Part shown: positions 1 through 16,039 of the stretch, one piece after another
How the letters are laid out: each line of letters opens with the position of its first letter
Position numbering within the stretch: position 1 is the first letter of the stretch
Assembly: GCA_000004695.1 (NCBI GenBank)
Contig: CM000151.3
Coordinates: forward strand, 6,080,001-6,144,000
DNA length: 64,000 nucleotides
Source of the DNA: Dictyostelium discoideum
Lineage: Eukaryota
Reading direction: 5' to 3'
The notes under the pieces: generated by a model
Told to the model about the DNA's origin: nothing
Seen by the model: only the letters and a program-made list of their open reading frames with translations
The model's database searches: none
Program-made: the position numbers and the translations under genes

Positions 1-39
1 AACATTTTTTAAAAGCTTTATAAAAAAATACAAAATAAA

Positions 40-307
40 ATGTTATTCAGTAAGTTTTTCTTTACTTGCTACTTTTTTTTTTTTTTTTTTTTCAAAACAC
101 AATATTGTAATTTATTTTTTTTTTTTTTTTTTTTTTTTAGAAACTTTAATTTCATCAATTAACAAATCAAATGAATTTTCAAAAATAAATATAAATAATA
201 GTATTGAAAATATAAACATAGAATTGAATAATCAAATTCATGATAAAACAGTTTCATTAAAAACCAAAAAAGTTTACTTTACAAGACCAAACTTTGTTTC
301 CTTTTAA
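40..307 (+). CDS. microgene encoding a ~58 aa small protein (exon1 40..49 MLF+a; GTAAGT intron 50..140; exon2 141..307). Protein: [58 protein letters not shown]. Member of a 4-copy family in this window, possibly related to the D. discoideum sigN-type small-gene families.
   Basis: ATG followed after 10 nt by GTAAGT. Poly-T...TAG acceptor. In-frame exon 2 ends in the conserved TRPNF motif shared with the copies at 1078, 2396 and 46263. Confidence 0.55.
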
Positions 308-1077
308 AAAAAAAAAAAAGAAAAAAAAAAAAAAAAAAAAAAAAAAAAACAAATATGTTTATTTCAATATGGAAAAAAAAAAAAAATGTTATCCGATATT
401 TTAAAAACATTTTTTAAAAAATAAATATTTCATTCCAATACTTTAAAGTTGTTATTTGTTTAACTTTTGATCTATTTTTAGGATTTTTATAAAATGAGGC
501 TTGTTTTATATTATACCAATGTTTCTAAAATTAGTGTATATAATCAGATTATACATTTTTACATTTATTTTTGAAAGATGGGATATTTTCAATTGATTTA
601 CTAACTGTTTTAAACAATTTTTTAAATTTAAATTAACAAGATAATATGAGACCCCATTATCAATTCCCAATGAGATTCTATGTGGTTATATAATTTTTAA
701 AAGTTTTCCGAAAATCAATCACCCCATTTTTTTTAATCCCCTAAATTAATAAAAAAAAATAAAAAAAAATAAAAAAATTATATTTTAAGATCGAGAGTAA
801 GTGAACAAATACTAAAAATATAACAGTAGACCATCTATTAATTAAAATTTTATTTTAAACTTGGTCAAATATTGTATTTAAAATGTATAACAACATCAAA
901 AATTAAATAAAATAAATAAAATTTTATTTTTTTAAAATTTTTCAAAATTTTAATAAATAAATTAATTAATATCCGTATAAATAGGTTTTCGAATTTTTTT
1001 CGTTTCATTTCAAAATTATAAATATTTTTTTTTTTTTTTTCAAATATCTAAAACAATAAAAACTATAAAACTTTAAA

Positions 1078-1314
1078 ATGTTATTTAGTATGTATAATAA
1101 TTTCATTTTTTTCTTTTAAAAGAAATAGTTTCTAATAAAAAAAAAAAAAAAAAAAAAAATAGAATCAATAATTTCATTACCATCAAACAATTTAGAATGT
1201 TCATCAAAAATTGAATGTGAAAATAAAACAATTAAAAATTCAGATATTAACACAAAAACATCAATGAGAAGAATAATTTCATTTTTTACCAGACCACACT
1301 TTATAACATATTGA
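1078..1314 (+). CDS. microgene paralog (exon1 1078..1087, GTATGT intron to 1162, exon2 1163..1314). Protein: MLFKSIISLPSNNLECSSKIECENKTIKNSDINTKTSMRRIISFFTRPHFITY.
   Basis: Same architecture as the 40..307 gene: phase-1 intron after codon 3 and a conserved C-terminal F(F/Y)TRP(N/H)F(I/V)xY. The minus-strand 68 aa ORF in the track is antisense to this gene. Confidence 0.5.
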
Positions 1315-1319
1315 AAATA

Positions 1320-1357
<38 letters not shown>

Positions 1358-1484
1358 ATCCGAAAAATAAATATAAATATTCGACAACAAGAAAAAAAAT
1401 AAAAACAATTATAGTTTTTATGTGAAAAAAAAAATAATAATAAAAAAAAAAATAAAAAAAAAAAAAAAGACTTATTTTCTCAAT

Positions 1485-1524
<40 letters not shown>

Positions 1525-2255
1525 TCTTGAGGAACCTTATATTTTATTTTTCAAAATTAGATTTTTCAAAGATTATCAATTCTGAAATTTAACAGTTAAA
1601 AATTACATATATTTAAAGATTAAAATTATAAAATAGACATTCTCCTTAATATATAATTTTTATTATTTTTTACATATTTCTTTCTATATTCTACCACATT
1701 CAAGTATCGAATTCAAACATTAAATTCCTTTTTTAGCAAAACCTTAAAAATGTTACATAAACAATTTTTAAAAAAAAAAAAAAAGAAAAAAAAAAAAAAA
1801 GAAGGGGAATTTACTTTATACAGCTTTAAAAAGTGTAATATTAATTTTGGACCCACCCATAAAATTTTAAATCATTAAATTTCAAAATAATACCATCAAT
1901 TTATTTTTTTTTTTTTTTTTTTTTTTCTCTTCTGTATTTAAAATTAAAAAATATTTTTCACATCAAAAATCCAAAATAATAATTTGATAATTTACTTTTA
2001 ATAGGTTGTTTTTATGAATGATATGGATAAGTATTGATCAATTTTTTTTCCATTTTTAAAATAAAATAAAAAAAAAAAAAATAAAAAAAATAAAAAAAAA
2101 AAACTAACAATTTTTAAATTATATTTTTTATTACCTTATATTTTCATTTATTATTAATATTCGTGTATGTCAACAACAATTGATTACAACATTTTAATAT
2201 TAGATTGAAATAATTATATTTTTATTTTTATTTTCACCCCATTTTAATTTAATAT

Positions 2256-2294
<39 letters not shown>

Positions 2295-2395
2295 ACAAAA
2301 AAAATTGATAAAGGATTTTTTTTTTTTTTTTTTAACTAAAGAATTTAAAAATAAAAAAATAAAAACTATAAGATCAATAATAACAATATAAAAAA

Positions 2396-2628
2396 ATGTT
2401 ATCAAGTATGTTTTTAAAAAAAAAAAAATCTTATCATAAATAAACCCTTGCTAATTTTCTTTTTTTTTTTTTTATATAGAATCAATTATTTCTTTCTCAT
2501 TAAAAATTTCAAATGATAATAATCCAATATCAAATACTATAACTCAAAATGTATCATTTGATAAAAATACAATTTCAATGAGAAGTAAATCAGCTTTCTA
2601 TACAAGACCAAATTTTATAAATTATTAA
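2396..2628 (+). CDS. microgene paralog (exon1 2396..2405, GTATGT intron to 2479, exon2 2480..2628). Protein: MLSKSIISFSLKISNDNNPISNTITQNVSFDKNTISMRSKSAFYTRPNFINY.
   Basis: Same two-exon structure and C-terminal motif as the other copies. Confidence 0.5.
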
Positions 2629-2631
2629 AAC

Positions 2632-2666
<35 letters not shown>

Positions 2667-2947
2667 AAAAAAATAAAATCAAATATTAAAAATGGGCCGA
2701 AAATCAAATTGATTACCTTTTTAATAATAATGAAAAATTAATTTTAAAAGAATAAAAAAATAATTTGTTTTATTTTATTTTATTTTATTTTTTGATTTAA
2801 TTTTTTTTTTTTTTTTTTTGATTGATCCCATAACCCTTTAAAATTATCATTTTTTAAAAATTTCATTTTCAAAAAAAAAATAAAAAATTTAATTATTTTT
2901 TTCTTTTTTTTTTTTTTTTTTAATTAATTTTAAACCCATTCATCACC

Positions 2948-6502
<3,555 letters not shown>

Positions 6503-6908
6503 AATTAAAAAAAAAAAAAATGGAAAAAAAAAACAAAAGATAATAAAAGAATTAATAAAAAACATTGTAAAATTTATTAAAAAATAAAATAAACCTAATC
6601 ATAGCTCGGAACAAAGATTTTTTTTTTTTTTATTAATATTTAATTTAAAATGATTAAATCGTTTATAATAATTAAATGTGGAGAAAATGATTTTATTTTA
6701 TTTTGTTTTATTTTATTTTATTTTTTTTTCTATAGATCTTCTCTAGATTTAAGTTAAATTTCTTAGAAATCGCATTTGGCACTTTTCTTGTAATTTCGAA
6801 AAACATTTTTGAAAAATCTTCAACTAAAAAAAAAATCTATAAATAAAACTGGTTTTTTTTTATATTAATCAATTTTAAATATAAACAATATAATCAATAT
6901 TATTTAAA

Positions 6909-7949
6909 ATGTCAAAATATTTCTTTTTATTTATTATTTCAATATTTTTATTTTCAATTTTTGAAACTACCAACTCCCAATCAAGTACTATCTATGTAAT
7001 TCAAACTACTCCAACCTTGTACTCAACCTCATGTTCTTTTAATGTAAAATTTATTTCAAATGTTATCTATACAAATATTTTTGGAACCAATCTTGAGGAT
7101 TGGAGCGTTTCAGATGGTCTTTATAATGTAAATATCTACACTGAACAAGGTCAACAAAATTTATATGTTTGGGGGATTGATTCAAATTCAATTCAATATA
7201 ATCTATTCTTGGGAAATGTAGTATGCTCATCTCCATGTCCAGGTTTAAATGGTCAATGTAATGGAAATGGTCAATGCATTAATGGAGAATGTAAATGTTT
7301 CACTCCATGGAGTGGTAGTGATTGTTTCTTAAATATCACTGAACAATTTGTTTGTAGTTCCGGATGTCAAGGTGATTGTGGTGGTAATGGGGTCTGTAAT
7401 TCCACCAGTATTCCACCAGTTTGTATTTGTAATACTGGTTATTCTGGTACAAATTGTGAAAACATAATTCCAACACCAAATGATAATTTCATCAACTCTT
7501 TAATATTCTTACAAGAAGTTTTACCAAATGGAAAACCATTCTCAAAAATAATTTTCAACGGGTGGGATAAAACCATTGAAACTGCCTACAATGGTATTTA
7601 CTATCACTATAATACAACTATACAAATTGGTCAATTCTCACCAACAATTGAAATCAAAGTAGTTGATTTTTATAATATGTACGACACATTCTCTGTAACT
7701 GGTGCTCTTCAAGTTGAAAGTAGTTTTAATTTTGAAATTAAAATTAGAAACTACCCATTAGAGAACCCATTAAACAATCTTCAATTATTTTTCAACACTC
7801 AAATTAAAGATGGTTGTATGGGTGTTAAAAAAGCAAATACTATTTCCTCTCAAACAATTTATGAAGAATCATTCTTAACTGTTAAAATTGAAAATAGTCA
7901 ATCATCTTTAATGTTTGCTCTTGTTGATTTACTTATTTTTAGTTGTTGA
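6909..7949 (+). CDS. secreted/cell-surface cysteine-rich glycoprotein with two EGF-like modules (CSSPCPGLNGQCNGNGQCINGECKC; CSSGCQGDCGGNGVCN...CICNTGYSGTNC), an N-terminal signal peptide and a hydrophobic C-terminus (possible GPI signal).
   Basis: 346 aa single ORF. Hydrophobic N-terminus MSKYFFLFIISIFLFSIF followed by TNSQS. Cys spacing matches the EGF consensus. Many N-x-S/T sites. Confidence 0.6.
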   Translation: MSKYFFLFIISIFLFSIFETTNSQSSTIYVIQTTPTLYSTSCSFNVKFISNVIYTNIFGTNLEDWSVSDGLYNVNIYTEQGQQNLYVWGIDSNSIQYNLFLGNVVCSSPCPGLNGQCNGNGQCINGECKCFTPWSGSDCFLNITEQFVCSSGCQGDCGGNGVCNSTSIPPVCICNTGYSGTNCENIIPTPNDNFINSLIFLQEVLPNGKPFSKIIFNGWDKTIETAYNGIYYHYNTTIQIGQFSPTIEIKVVDFYNMYDTFSVTGALQVESSFNFEIKIRNYPLENPLNNLQLFFNTQIKDGCMGVKKANTISSQTIYEESFLTVKIENSQSSLMFALVDLLIFSC

Positions 7950-8118
7950 AAAAAAAAAAAAAAAAAAAAAAACCATTATTCCCAATAATATGAAAAATAA
8001 TAAAACAAAATAAACGAATCCAGTTTTTTTTTTTTTTTAAATCAAAAAATAAAAACTGGACCACTTCTCCAAAAAAAAAAAAAATAATAATAATATCCTT
8101 TGGTTTCTTTTCTTTTTT

Positions 8119-8153
<35 letters not shown>

Positions 8154-8222
8154 CATTAAATGTTTTTTTTATTTATTTTATTTACACCACTTTAATTCTA
8201 ATATATATATTGAATCAAAACA

Positions 8223-9011
8223 CTATTGATTTAATAATTTTAAACCTTGAATTATGTCAGGATTTTTTAAAGTTCCTCTTTTATATTCTTCTAAGGATAT
8301 ATAACCATCACCATCATCATCCATTGAATCGAAAAATTCTTCTATTAAATCATGAGGATCAAACTTTTTACCAGAACATGTTACAAATGTTCCAACTAAT
8401 TTATACATGCTCTCTAAAATTGATTCCATCTCTGATCTTGTTATATATCCATTACCATCGATATCATATAATGAAAATGCAACTTTATAAAAAAAAAAAT
8501 AATAAAAAATAAAAAATAAAAAAGTGAGGGTATAATATTAATAAATGATAAATAAATATAATGATAATGATGATGATATTAATAAATAATTTACATTCTA
8601 TTTTCTCCTCTGGAGTACCTCTAGTTATTGAAGACAAACCACATACAAACTCTTGAAAGTTTATTGTTGAATCTTTATTTTTATCGAATACATTAAATAA
8701 TAAATCTTGTAGAAATTGATCACCTACACCCATTTGTGTCATTATCTCTTTAAATTCTTGTTTATTAATAGTTCCAGATGGTGAATCTTTTCTAAACTGT
8801 TTATATAATGCTCTTAATTCTCTAGAATCAACTAATTCATTCTTTTTTGGTTAATTAAATGTTATTGTTATTGTTATTGTTGTTGTTGTTGTTGTTGTTG
8901 TTTTTTTAATGGTCATAAAAACAAAAAAAAAAAAAAAAGACACTTACAATGTGATGAATTTTGAAGGAGCTCTACCTCTTCCTTTTTAAGAGTTCCTAAT
9001 TGATTTCCCAT
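8223..9011 (-). CDS. neuronal-calcium-sensor (NCS-1/frequenin/recoverin family) EF-hand protein, 4 exons. N-terminus MGNQLGT is a candidate N-myristoylation site. EF loops DKNKDSTINFQEF, DIDGNGYITRSEM, DDDGDGYISLEEY. Possibly the D. discoideum ncsA-type gene.
   Basis: Spliced translation ...FLQDLLFNVFDKNKDSTINFQEFVCGLSSITRGTPEEK...AFSLYDIDGNGYITRSEMESILESMYKLVG... aligns with NCS-1 ([47 protein letters not shown]). Confidence 0.7.
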
Positions 9012-9361
9012 TCTATTCTTTATATATTTAAAAAACATTATTTTTATTATTAATTATTAATTATTATTTTATTGTGGGCAAATTTATATATATATATGTT
9101 TGTATATGAATAATTTAAGAGGTGTTAATGATTTTTTGTTTTTTTGTTTTTATTTTATTTAAAAAAAAAAAAAAAAAACTATTGCAAAAAATGTTTTATG
9201 TAATTGAATTTGCAATGTGATAAGTTGTTAAGTATTTTTTTTATATGAACCCAAATTATAGTTTGTTAATTTATATTTTCACAATTATTTTAATTCATTT
9301 TACAAACTGTTTTGGTGTTTTCTTTTTTTTTTTTTTTTTTAAAAATAGAAACATACATTTT

Positions 9362-9395
<34 letters not shown>

Positions 9396-9718
9396 TTTTT
9401 TTATTTTTTTTTTATTTTATTTTATTTTATTTTTTTTTTATTTTGGGGGTGAACTTTTTAAATGATGATTACCAAATTTTATTGTGTGTGTTTGGAAAAA
9501 AAAAAAAAACAGTGTGGTGATAAAAATTTAAAAAAAAAAATAAAAAGAAAAAAAATAAATTAAAAAAAAAAAAATTTCGATGAAAAATGAAATGGCAACC
9601 AAACGATTGAGATTTTATTAAAAAACTATAAAGAAAAAAAACACAATTAAATAAAAATAAAAACACTTGATTTAAAATTTTTGTTTAAAGTAAAAATTAT
9701 TTATTATTACTAATAAGT

Positions 9719-10352
9719 TTATTTTTTGGCGGTTTTCTTGCCAGCTTTCTTTAAACGGTTCTTCTTTTCCTTTCTTTGTTTTCTTGAGGTTTGTGGTTTA
9801 GTGTATAAACCAGCCTATTATTTAATGAAAATAGAATGAAGTAGAAAGTAGAAAATAATAATAATACGAACATGGAAATAAAAAAAGATACAGTTTTAAT
9901 TATAATTTAATTTACATAGAAAATTAAAATTATAATAATTTGATTAGTTTAAATGGTTCATTAATGAAATGATCAGCAAGTGATACCCGCAACAACATCA
10001 CTGGTTATTGATGATCATATTGTATTATTGTTGTCGTTGAGAGTATAAAATGAAACGAATTACTTACACGTGCAAGACGGTATTTTGGTTCGTATTTCTT
10101 GGCAATTTCTAAGTTGTCATAGATTAAACCGAAACCAGTTGATTTACCACCACCGAAGTCAGTCTTGAAACCAAAGAGGAAGATGGTTTCTGGGTCAGCA
10201 ACTTTGTGGAGTTTAGCAATGGTGGTTTTTAAGTCTTTTTTGGAGACGTTGGCTTTACCTGGGTGAACAACTTCGACAACGAATTGCTTTCTTGAGAGGA
10301 GACGGTTGGTTAAGACCTTTCTGGTACGAACAACGACGGCAGCTTTATCCAT
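9719..10352 (-). CDS. rps24: 40S ribosomal protein S24 (exon1 10068..10352, GTAAGT intron, exon2 9719..9814)
   Basis: [95 protein letters not shown] + [31 protein letters not shown]. This matches eukaryotic S24 almost residue for residue. Confidence 0.9.
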
Positions 10353-10813
10353 TTTCTATTTAAAAATATTTAGTTAGTTATATTCCCTTTGATTTCATTC
10401 TATTGAATAGTTTAAATTTTGTGATGATTGATTGAAATAGGTATGATTGATGATAGATAATGAAAGATTGATATGGATTGATGATTTTAAAGAAGGATTG
10501 AAGATGAATTGAAATGCCTCAGGAAAATCAAATCAAATAAAATAAAATTATATGTATATTATGACTACATACGATTTTGACGTAAAAATAAAAGGATGAG
10601 TTAAAAAAAAAAATTTTAGTTTTGATGGTGGATTCGGTTTTTTTTTTTTTGAAAAAAAAAAAAAAAAAAACTGAAAATTTTGTTGACAAACAATAATAAG
10701 CGTTATGTTATTTTTTTTTTATTTCAAACCAAAAAAACTTTTTTTTTTTTTCTTTTTTTTTCATAATTTTCATTCCATATTAAAATAAATAAATAAATAA
10801 ATAAAAATATAAA

Positions 10814-11106
10814 ATGTCAAAACCAAGACAATCAACACTTGACCCAGAAGACAAAAAATATTTAGAAATTCCAGATTCAGAGGTAGTTTTACCAGCAGCA
10901 GTAGATAGTTATTTAAGACAAAAATTAAAAGATCAATCATTAAAAGAATGTTCAAGTCATGTTGCAGCATTTGCAGATTGTTCAAAAGATAAATATATTT
11001 CAGTTGTTTGGGAATGTAGAGAATTACAACAACTCATGAAAAATTGTTTAGTTGAATAGTAAGTTTTTTTTTAATTTAGAACAAAACTAATATAATTGGT
11101 TCTTTT

Positions 11107-11205
<99 letters not shown>

Positions 11206-11381
11206 GAACACTAAAACAATTATTTACTTTTTTTTTTTATTTAATTTTTTTTATTAATAGCACCACATCAGAAAGATTAATTGGTATGAAAAGAGAATGG
11301 GTTGATGCATCAAAGAAAAGAATTTATGAAAAAAGACTTCAAAAAGAATTAGAATCAAAAGAACCAACACCAAAAAAATAA
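10814..11381 (+). CDS. COX assembly mitochondrial protein, CMC1 family (twin Cx9C CHCH protein). Exon1 10814..11058, intron 11059..11260 containing a ~97-nt poly(dT) run, exon2 11261..11381.
   Basis: KECSSHVAAFADCSKDKYISVVWECRELQQLMKNCLVEY has C-x9-C...C-x9-C and aligns with human CMC1 (KERCSEQVQDFTKCCKNSGVLMVVKCRKENSALKECL). Donor GAATA|GTAAGT, acceptor TTAATAG. Confidence 0.7.
11108..11204. repeat. uninterrupted poly(dT) homopolymer of ~97 nt inside the CMC1 intron
   Basis: Direct reading of the sequence at 11108..11204. Confidence 0.95.
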
Positions 11382-11691
11382 AATTTAGAAAAGAAAAAAA
11401 AAAAAAATCCGCAACATAAATATAATTGTACATATAAACAAAATTTTAAAAATAAATACATATATATATAAAGATCGACCATCCAACCAAAAAAAAAAAA
11501 AAAAAAAGTTTTTTTTTTGAAACACCCTTTTATTTATTTATTTATTTTTTCTTTTTAGTTTTGTTATTTCGTGAGAGGATGAGTTTAAATTAAATTATAT
11601 ATGGATTTTGCCATTTTAACTTAAATACTAAAACAATTTTTAGAAATGAGTTTTCTTTCTTTTTCATTGTTTCTTTCCTTTCCTTTCCTTT

Positions 11692-11730
<39 letters not shown>

Positions 11731-12069
11731 CTTTTTCTTTTCTTCTCCTTTCCTTCATTTTGTTCTTATTATTTTGGTTTATTTATTTATTTATTTATTT
11801 ATTTTTATTTTTAGATTTTTTTTTTTTATTATTTTTTTTATTTATTTATTTTTTTTTTTTATTTTTTTATTTTTTTATAGATATATACAACAGAGCACTT
11901 CTGTTTATTACTATTATTGGTTTAGACGATTCTTGTGTATGTATGGTGATGATAATGATGATGGTTGATGATGATGGATGATGAATGGTAATTAAAGTGG
12001 TTTGATATTAATTATTGATATACGGTTACTTTTAAAAATGTGATTATTTGTTATTAATTGAATGATTAA

Positions 12070-12205
<136 letters not shown>

Positions 12206-12207
12206 AA

Positions 12208-13026
12208 TTATTGAGTAATTGCATTAACTTTTTTAAAGGCGGAAAGTACAGGATAAATATTTTCAAAAGCTTCATAAATCTCTTCACGAACTTTAGCACC
12301 AGTCAAGACGATTTTGCCAGAGACAAAAATCAATAAAACTACTTTAGGTTGAATCATTTTATAGATTAAACCAGGAAAGATTTCAGGTTCATAATTGGTG
12401 AAAGATGTATGTGCATTATGTAAGAGTTCTAATTTGATTGGGAATTTGACATCACAAGATCCAACGATATTTTGAATCTTAAAATCTGTAAATCTTGCAG
12501 GGAAATCCAATTTTTGAATGATTCTTGCATATTTTCTTGCAGCAAATCTACTTGCATCTTCAGATTTTGCTCCAGTGCAAACCATTTTACCACTCTTGAA
12601 AATTAATGCTGTTGTCTTTGGTTCTCTAATTCTCATAATAACTGCTGCAAAACGTTTTGGATTATATTCTGCATTTCTTGCTCCCAATGCAATTGCTTTT
12701 AAATCTAATTCTGTTGCCATATTTACTGTTGAAACTATATTTCTATTTTTTTTTTTTTTTTAAAAAAAAATGATAATAAAAAAAAAAAAAAAAAGGTAAA
12801 AAATCAAAGTAAAAAATTTTTTTTTTTTTTGATTAATAACTTCAATGGGTTGCAGTGATTGAAAAGAAGAAAGAAAAAAAAAAAAAAAAAAAAATTAAAA
12901 AATAAAAAAAAAAAAAAAAAATATAAAAACACACAACACTTACTGGAGGGTTGGAATAATACCAGATGGATGTTTTGAAAGATCAACATTTTGTGCTGGT
13001 GTAGATGTAGTGGTTGCGGTGCTCAT
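12208..13026 (-). CDS. tbpA: TATA-box-binding protein (exon1 12944..13026 [28 protein letters not shown]; intron; exon2 12208..12742 conserved TBP core)
   Basis: ...[68 protein letters not shown]...[30 protein letters not shown] matches the TBP core repeats. GTAAGT donor at 12943, AATAG acceptor at 12743. Confidence 0.9.
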
Positions 13027-13602
13027 TTTTTATTAAAAAAAAAGTTTTTTGATTTTTATTGAATTTTTGGTAAATAATTAACACAATTAAGTAAAATGAT
13101 TTCCTAAAAAAAGTAAAAAGTGTTTTTTTTTTTTTTTTTTTTTATTTGTCTTTATTTGTGATTTTTTTCTCAAAAATAAAATTTGTTGTATTATTATTAT
13201 TTTTATTTTTATTTTTTTTTTTTGTTTTTTTTTATTTGATATTTAAAAATAATAGAAGTTATATAAAAAAATAAAGAAAAAAAAAAAAAGGTACTATGAC
13301 AAAATTGAAATAAATGTAATATCTAAATTTTTAAATGATTGTTGTATGTTATTTTTTTTTTATTTATTATTAAAAATAATTTGATATGGTATGAGTGTGT
13401 TTAAATAAAAGCTGTGAGTGATTATATACAAAAAAAAATTAATATAAAATAAAACAATTATTTAATTTTAAGATTAGTAATAATTGTTGTTTTATGTGTT
13501 GTGAGAGTCGACAAAAAATTATTTATAAAGGAAAAAAAAAAAAAAAAAATGAAAAAAAAAAAAAAAAAAAAAAAAATATTTAAATGAAAAAAAAAAAAAA
13601 TG

Positions 13603-13634
<32 letters not shown>

Positions 13635-13731
13635 TAAAATGAAAAAAAAAAAAAAAAAAAAAAAAAATTTTTAACCACATTTTTGTGGTTTTTAACCGGC
13701 CTTGAAGGGAAAAATTGTTTTTTTCTTAAAA

Positions 13732-13774
<43 letters not shown>

Positions 13775-13910
13775 TTTTTTTATCCCGGAACCTTTTAAAG
13801 GGTCCGATTTATTCATTAAAAAAATAATTTCCAAAGATAAAAAAAAAACTATTTAATTTTTGGAGTCAATTTTTTTTCCTCTATAAAATTTTTTCAGAAA
13901 AATAATGGGA

Positions 13911-14040
13911 AAGAGCCGGGAAAAAAAATAAAAATAAAAATAAAATAAAATAAAATAAAAATAAAATAAAAATAAAAATAGAAATAAAAATAAAAATAAA
14001 AATAAAAATAGAATAAAAATAAAAATAAAAATAAAAATAA
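13911..14040. repeat. (AAAATA)/(AAAATAAAAT)-type tandem repeat
   Basis: Direct reading. Confidence 0.8.
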
Positions 14041-14204
14041 AATATTAAATTGTTCTATTTTTATACAATATATTCGATTACTTTTTTTATTTGTTATTAT
14101 TGATTTTTTTTTTTTTGATTTTTTTTTATATCTTTATTTTTTAATATAACATTCACAATTTATATTTTTTGGTACAAATTTGTTTTTTTTTTTTTTTTTT
14201 TTTT

Positions 14205-14411
14205 TTATGTCGATTTTTCTAAAAAGAGTACATAACTTGTTAAACTTCTAATTTGTTGATTTCCAGTTGGAAGTTCCGATGATTGTTTTTGAATTGGAAC
14301 TGGTTTTAAGGTGTTACTAGCTTTATCGTGTTCCCAACACTTGGATGTAGTAACTTTATTATATATAATTATTTTATTATTAATTTATAATTATTAATTT
14401 TTTTGTTAGTA

Positions 14412-14451
<40 letters not shown>

Positions 14452-14815
14452 TTTAAAAAATAAAAGGAAAAAAAAAAAAAAAAAAAAAAAATCACATACA
14501 TTTAATTGTATCCTCTGGTGAAATACCTAAATATGAACTACAATCATTAACAGTGATTGAAGAATATGCATTTGAAATGAGTTCAAAAGTACGTTGTTGG
14601 AAATTTTCTTTTAATGTTGTAATAAATGGTGTATAGTCATCACCAATATTAATTGAAAGTGAAGTATATGTTATTGTTGGATTGGTTTGGGAAATTGATT
14701 TAATAATTGTATAAATATTTTTTAATTGTTGATTTGATTGTTTGAAATCATTTGGTATTCTTTTCCAAAGGTGTTTTGCGTTTATCCTTTATTTATTTAT
14801 TATTTTTTATAAATT

Positions 14816-14858
<43 letters not shown>

Positions 14859-15171
14859 ATTATAATAATAATAATAATAATAAAAAGAAATAACCTACAG
14901 ATCATTATTAATTAAATATGAAAGGAGATAAACACCATAATAACTTTTAATTAAATCTATATTCTACATTAAATATTATGGGTTAATTTTAGGAAATTAA
15001 TAAGAAATTATTGAAAAAAAAAAATACAAAATAAAAAAAATAAAATAAAATAAAATAAAATAAAAAAAAAAAAAAATTTACCTTTGATTCAATCTCTTGT
15101 CTTTGACAATAATCTAAAATTGCTTTAAAATTTTTTGAACTAATTAGGTTTGCAATTTCTGTGAATGCCAT
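14205..15171 (-). CDS. csn8: COP9 signalosome subunit 8 (CSN8), 4 exons (approx 15082..15171, 14889..14958, 14503..14789, 14205..14340). An (AT)n-containing intron lies at 14411..14450.
   Basis: MAFTEIANLISSKNFKAILDYCQRQEIESK / NIDLIKSYYGVYLLSYLINND / LINAKHLWKRIPNDFKQSNQQL...FELISNAYSSITVNDCSSYLGISPEDTIK / ...QQIRSLTSYVLFLEKST aligns with human CSN8 ([33 protein letters not shown]...QLARLTDYVAFLEN). Confidence 0.75.
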
Positions 15172-15663
15172 TATGTATAATTTTCAACTTCTTTGTTTTT
15201 TAATTTATGATTCTCAACTAAAAATTAAAAAAAAAAAAAAAAAAAAATTAAAAATCAAAAAAAAAAATAAAAAAAAATTAAAAATCAAAAAAAAAAAAAA
15301 AAAATTAAAAAAAAAAAAATTAAAAAAAAAAAGAAAAATTAAATAAAAATCAAATTCTGAAATGGAAATTAGGTAATCTATTAAATAATTTTGGAATTTT
15401 TTTTTCTCTTTCCAGGAATTTCCTTTTTTTTTAGTTCCTTTTCCTTAATTAGTTCCCTATCCATAACTATTGATTATCTTTATTAAAATGATTATTAGTG
15501 TCACTAGTTGCCAACACGATTTTATTGGTAACGATCCAATTTAGTAATAACTCTCTTGGGATTGAATTTAAAAATTTATTCCTTGAACTTAACATTCTAT
15601 TTAAATCTAAAATTTCATTATCCCTTGATTCTAACTTTTCTCTATTTTTTTTTTATATAGGTA

Positions 15664-15696
<33 letters not shown>

Positions 15697-15732
15697 TTAA
15701 TAAAAAGTTCTTGACCAAAAATAATAATATCT

Positions 15733-15985
15733 TTATAATAATTTTAATAAATACTTTAATACATCTATTTCACTTTCAAGTTCTATTATTCTCTTTTCAA
15801 AGTGTATTAAGGCTTCGTTCTTTTCCAATTCGTCATTTGCTTTTTGTAAAAATGTTGATAGTTTATAATTTTTGTCAATAAATTTATTTGAAGTTTCACA
15901 ATCATCATTAATATTTTTATTACTATTTTCTTGGTCATTCTCATTATCATTCTTTTTCTCATTATCATTCTTTTTCTCATTATTA

Positions 15986-16039
<54 letters not shown>

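Noticed and set aside
2820-2835. TCCCATAA, resembling the Dictyostelium upstream sequence element (DUSE) of snRNA/class-I RNA genes; also CCCACCCATAAAA at ~1850
   Set aside because: No recognisable small-RNA gene (snRNA or class-I motif) ~60 bp downstream. Likely a chance occurrence upstream of a protein-coding start.
11646-11981. 111-aa and 64-aa ORFs rich in Phe/Leu
   Set aside because: They are read from poly-T/TTTA low-complexity intergenic DNA. No codon periodicity. The alternative TTG start suggests a bacterial-style ORF caller.
15161-15346. 61-aa poly-Lys ORF
   Set aside because: Poly(A)-rich promoter region of csn8. Not coding.
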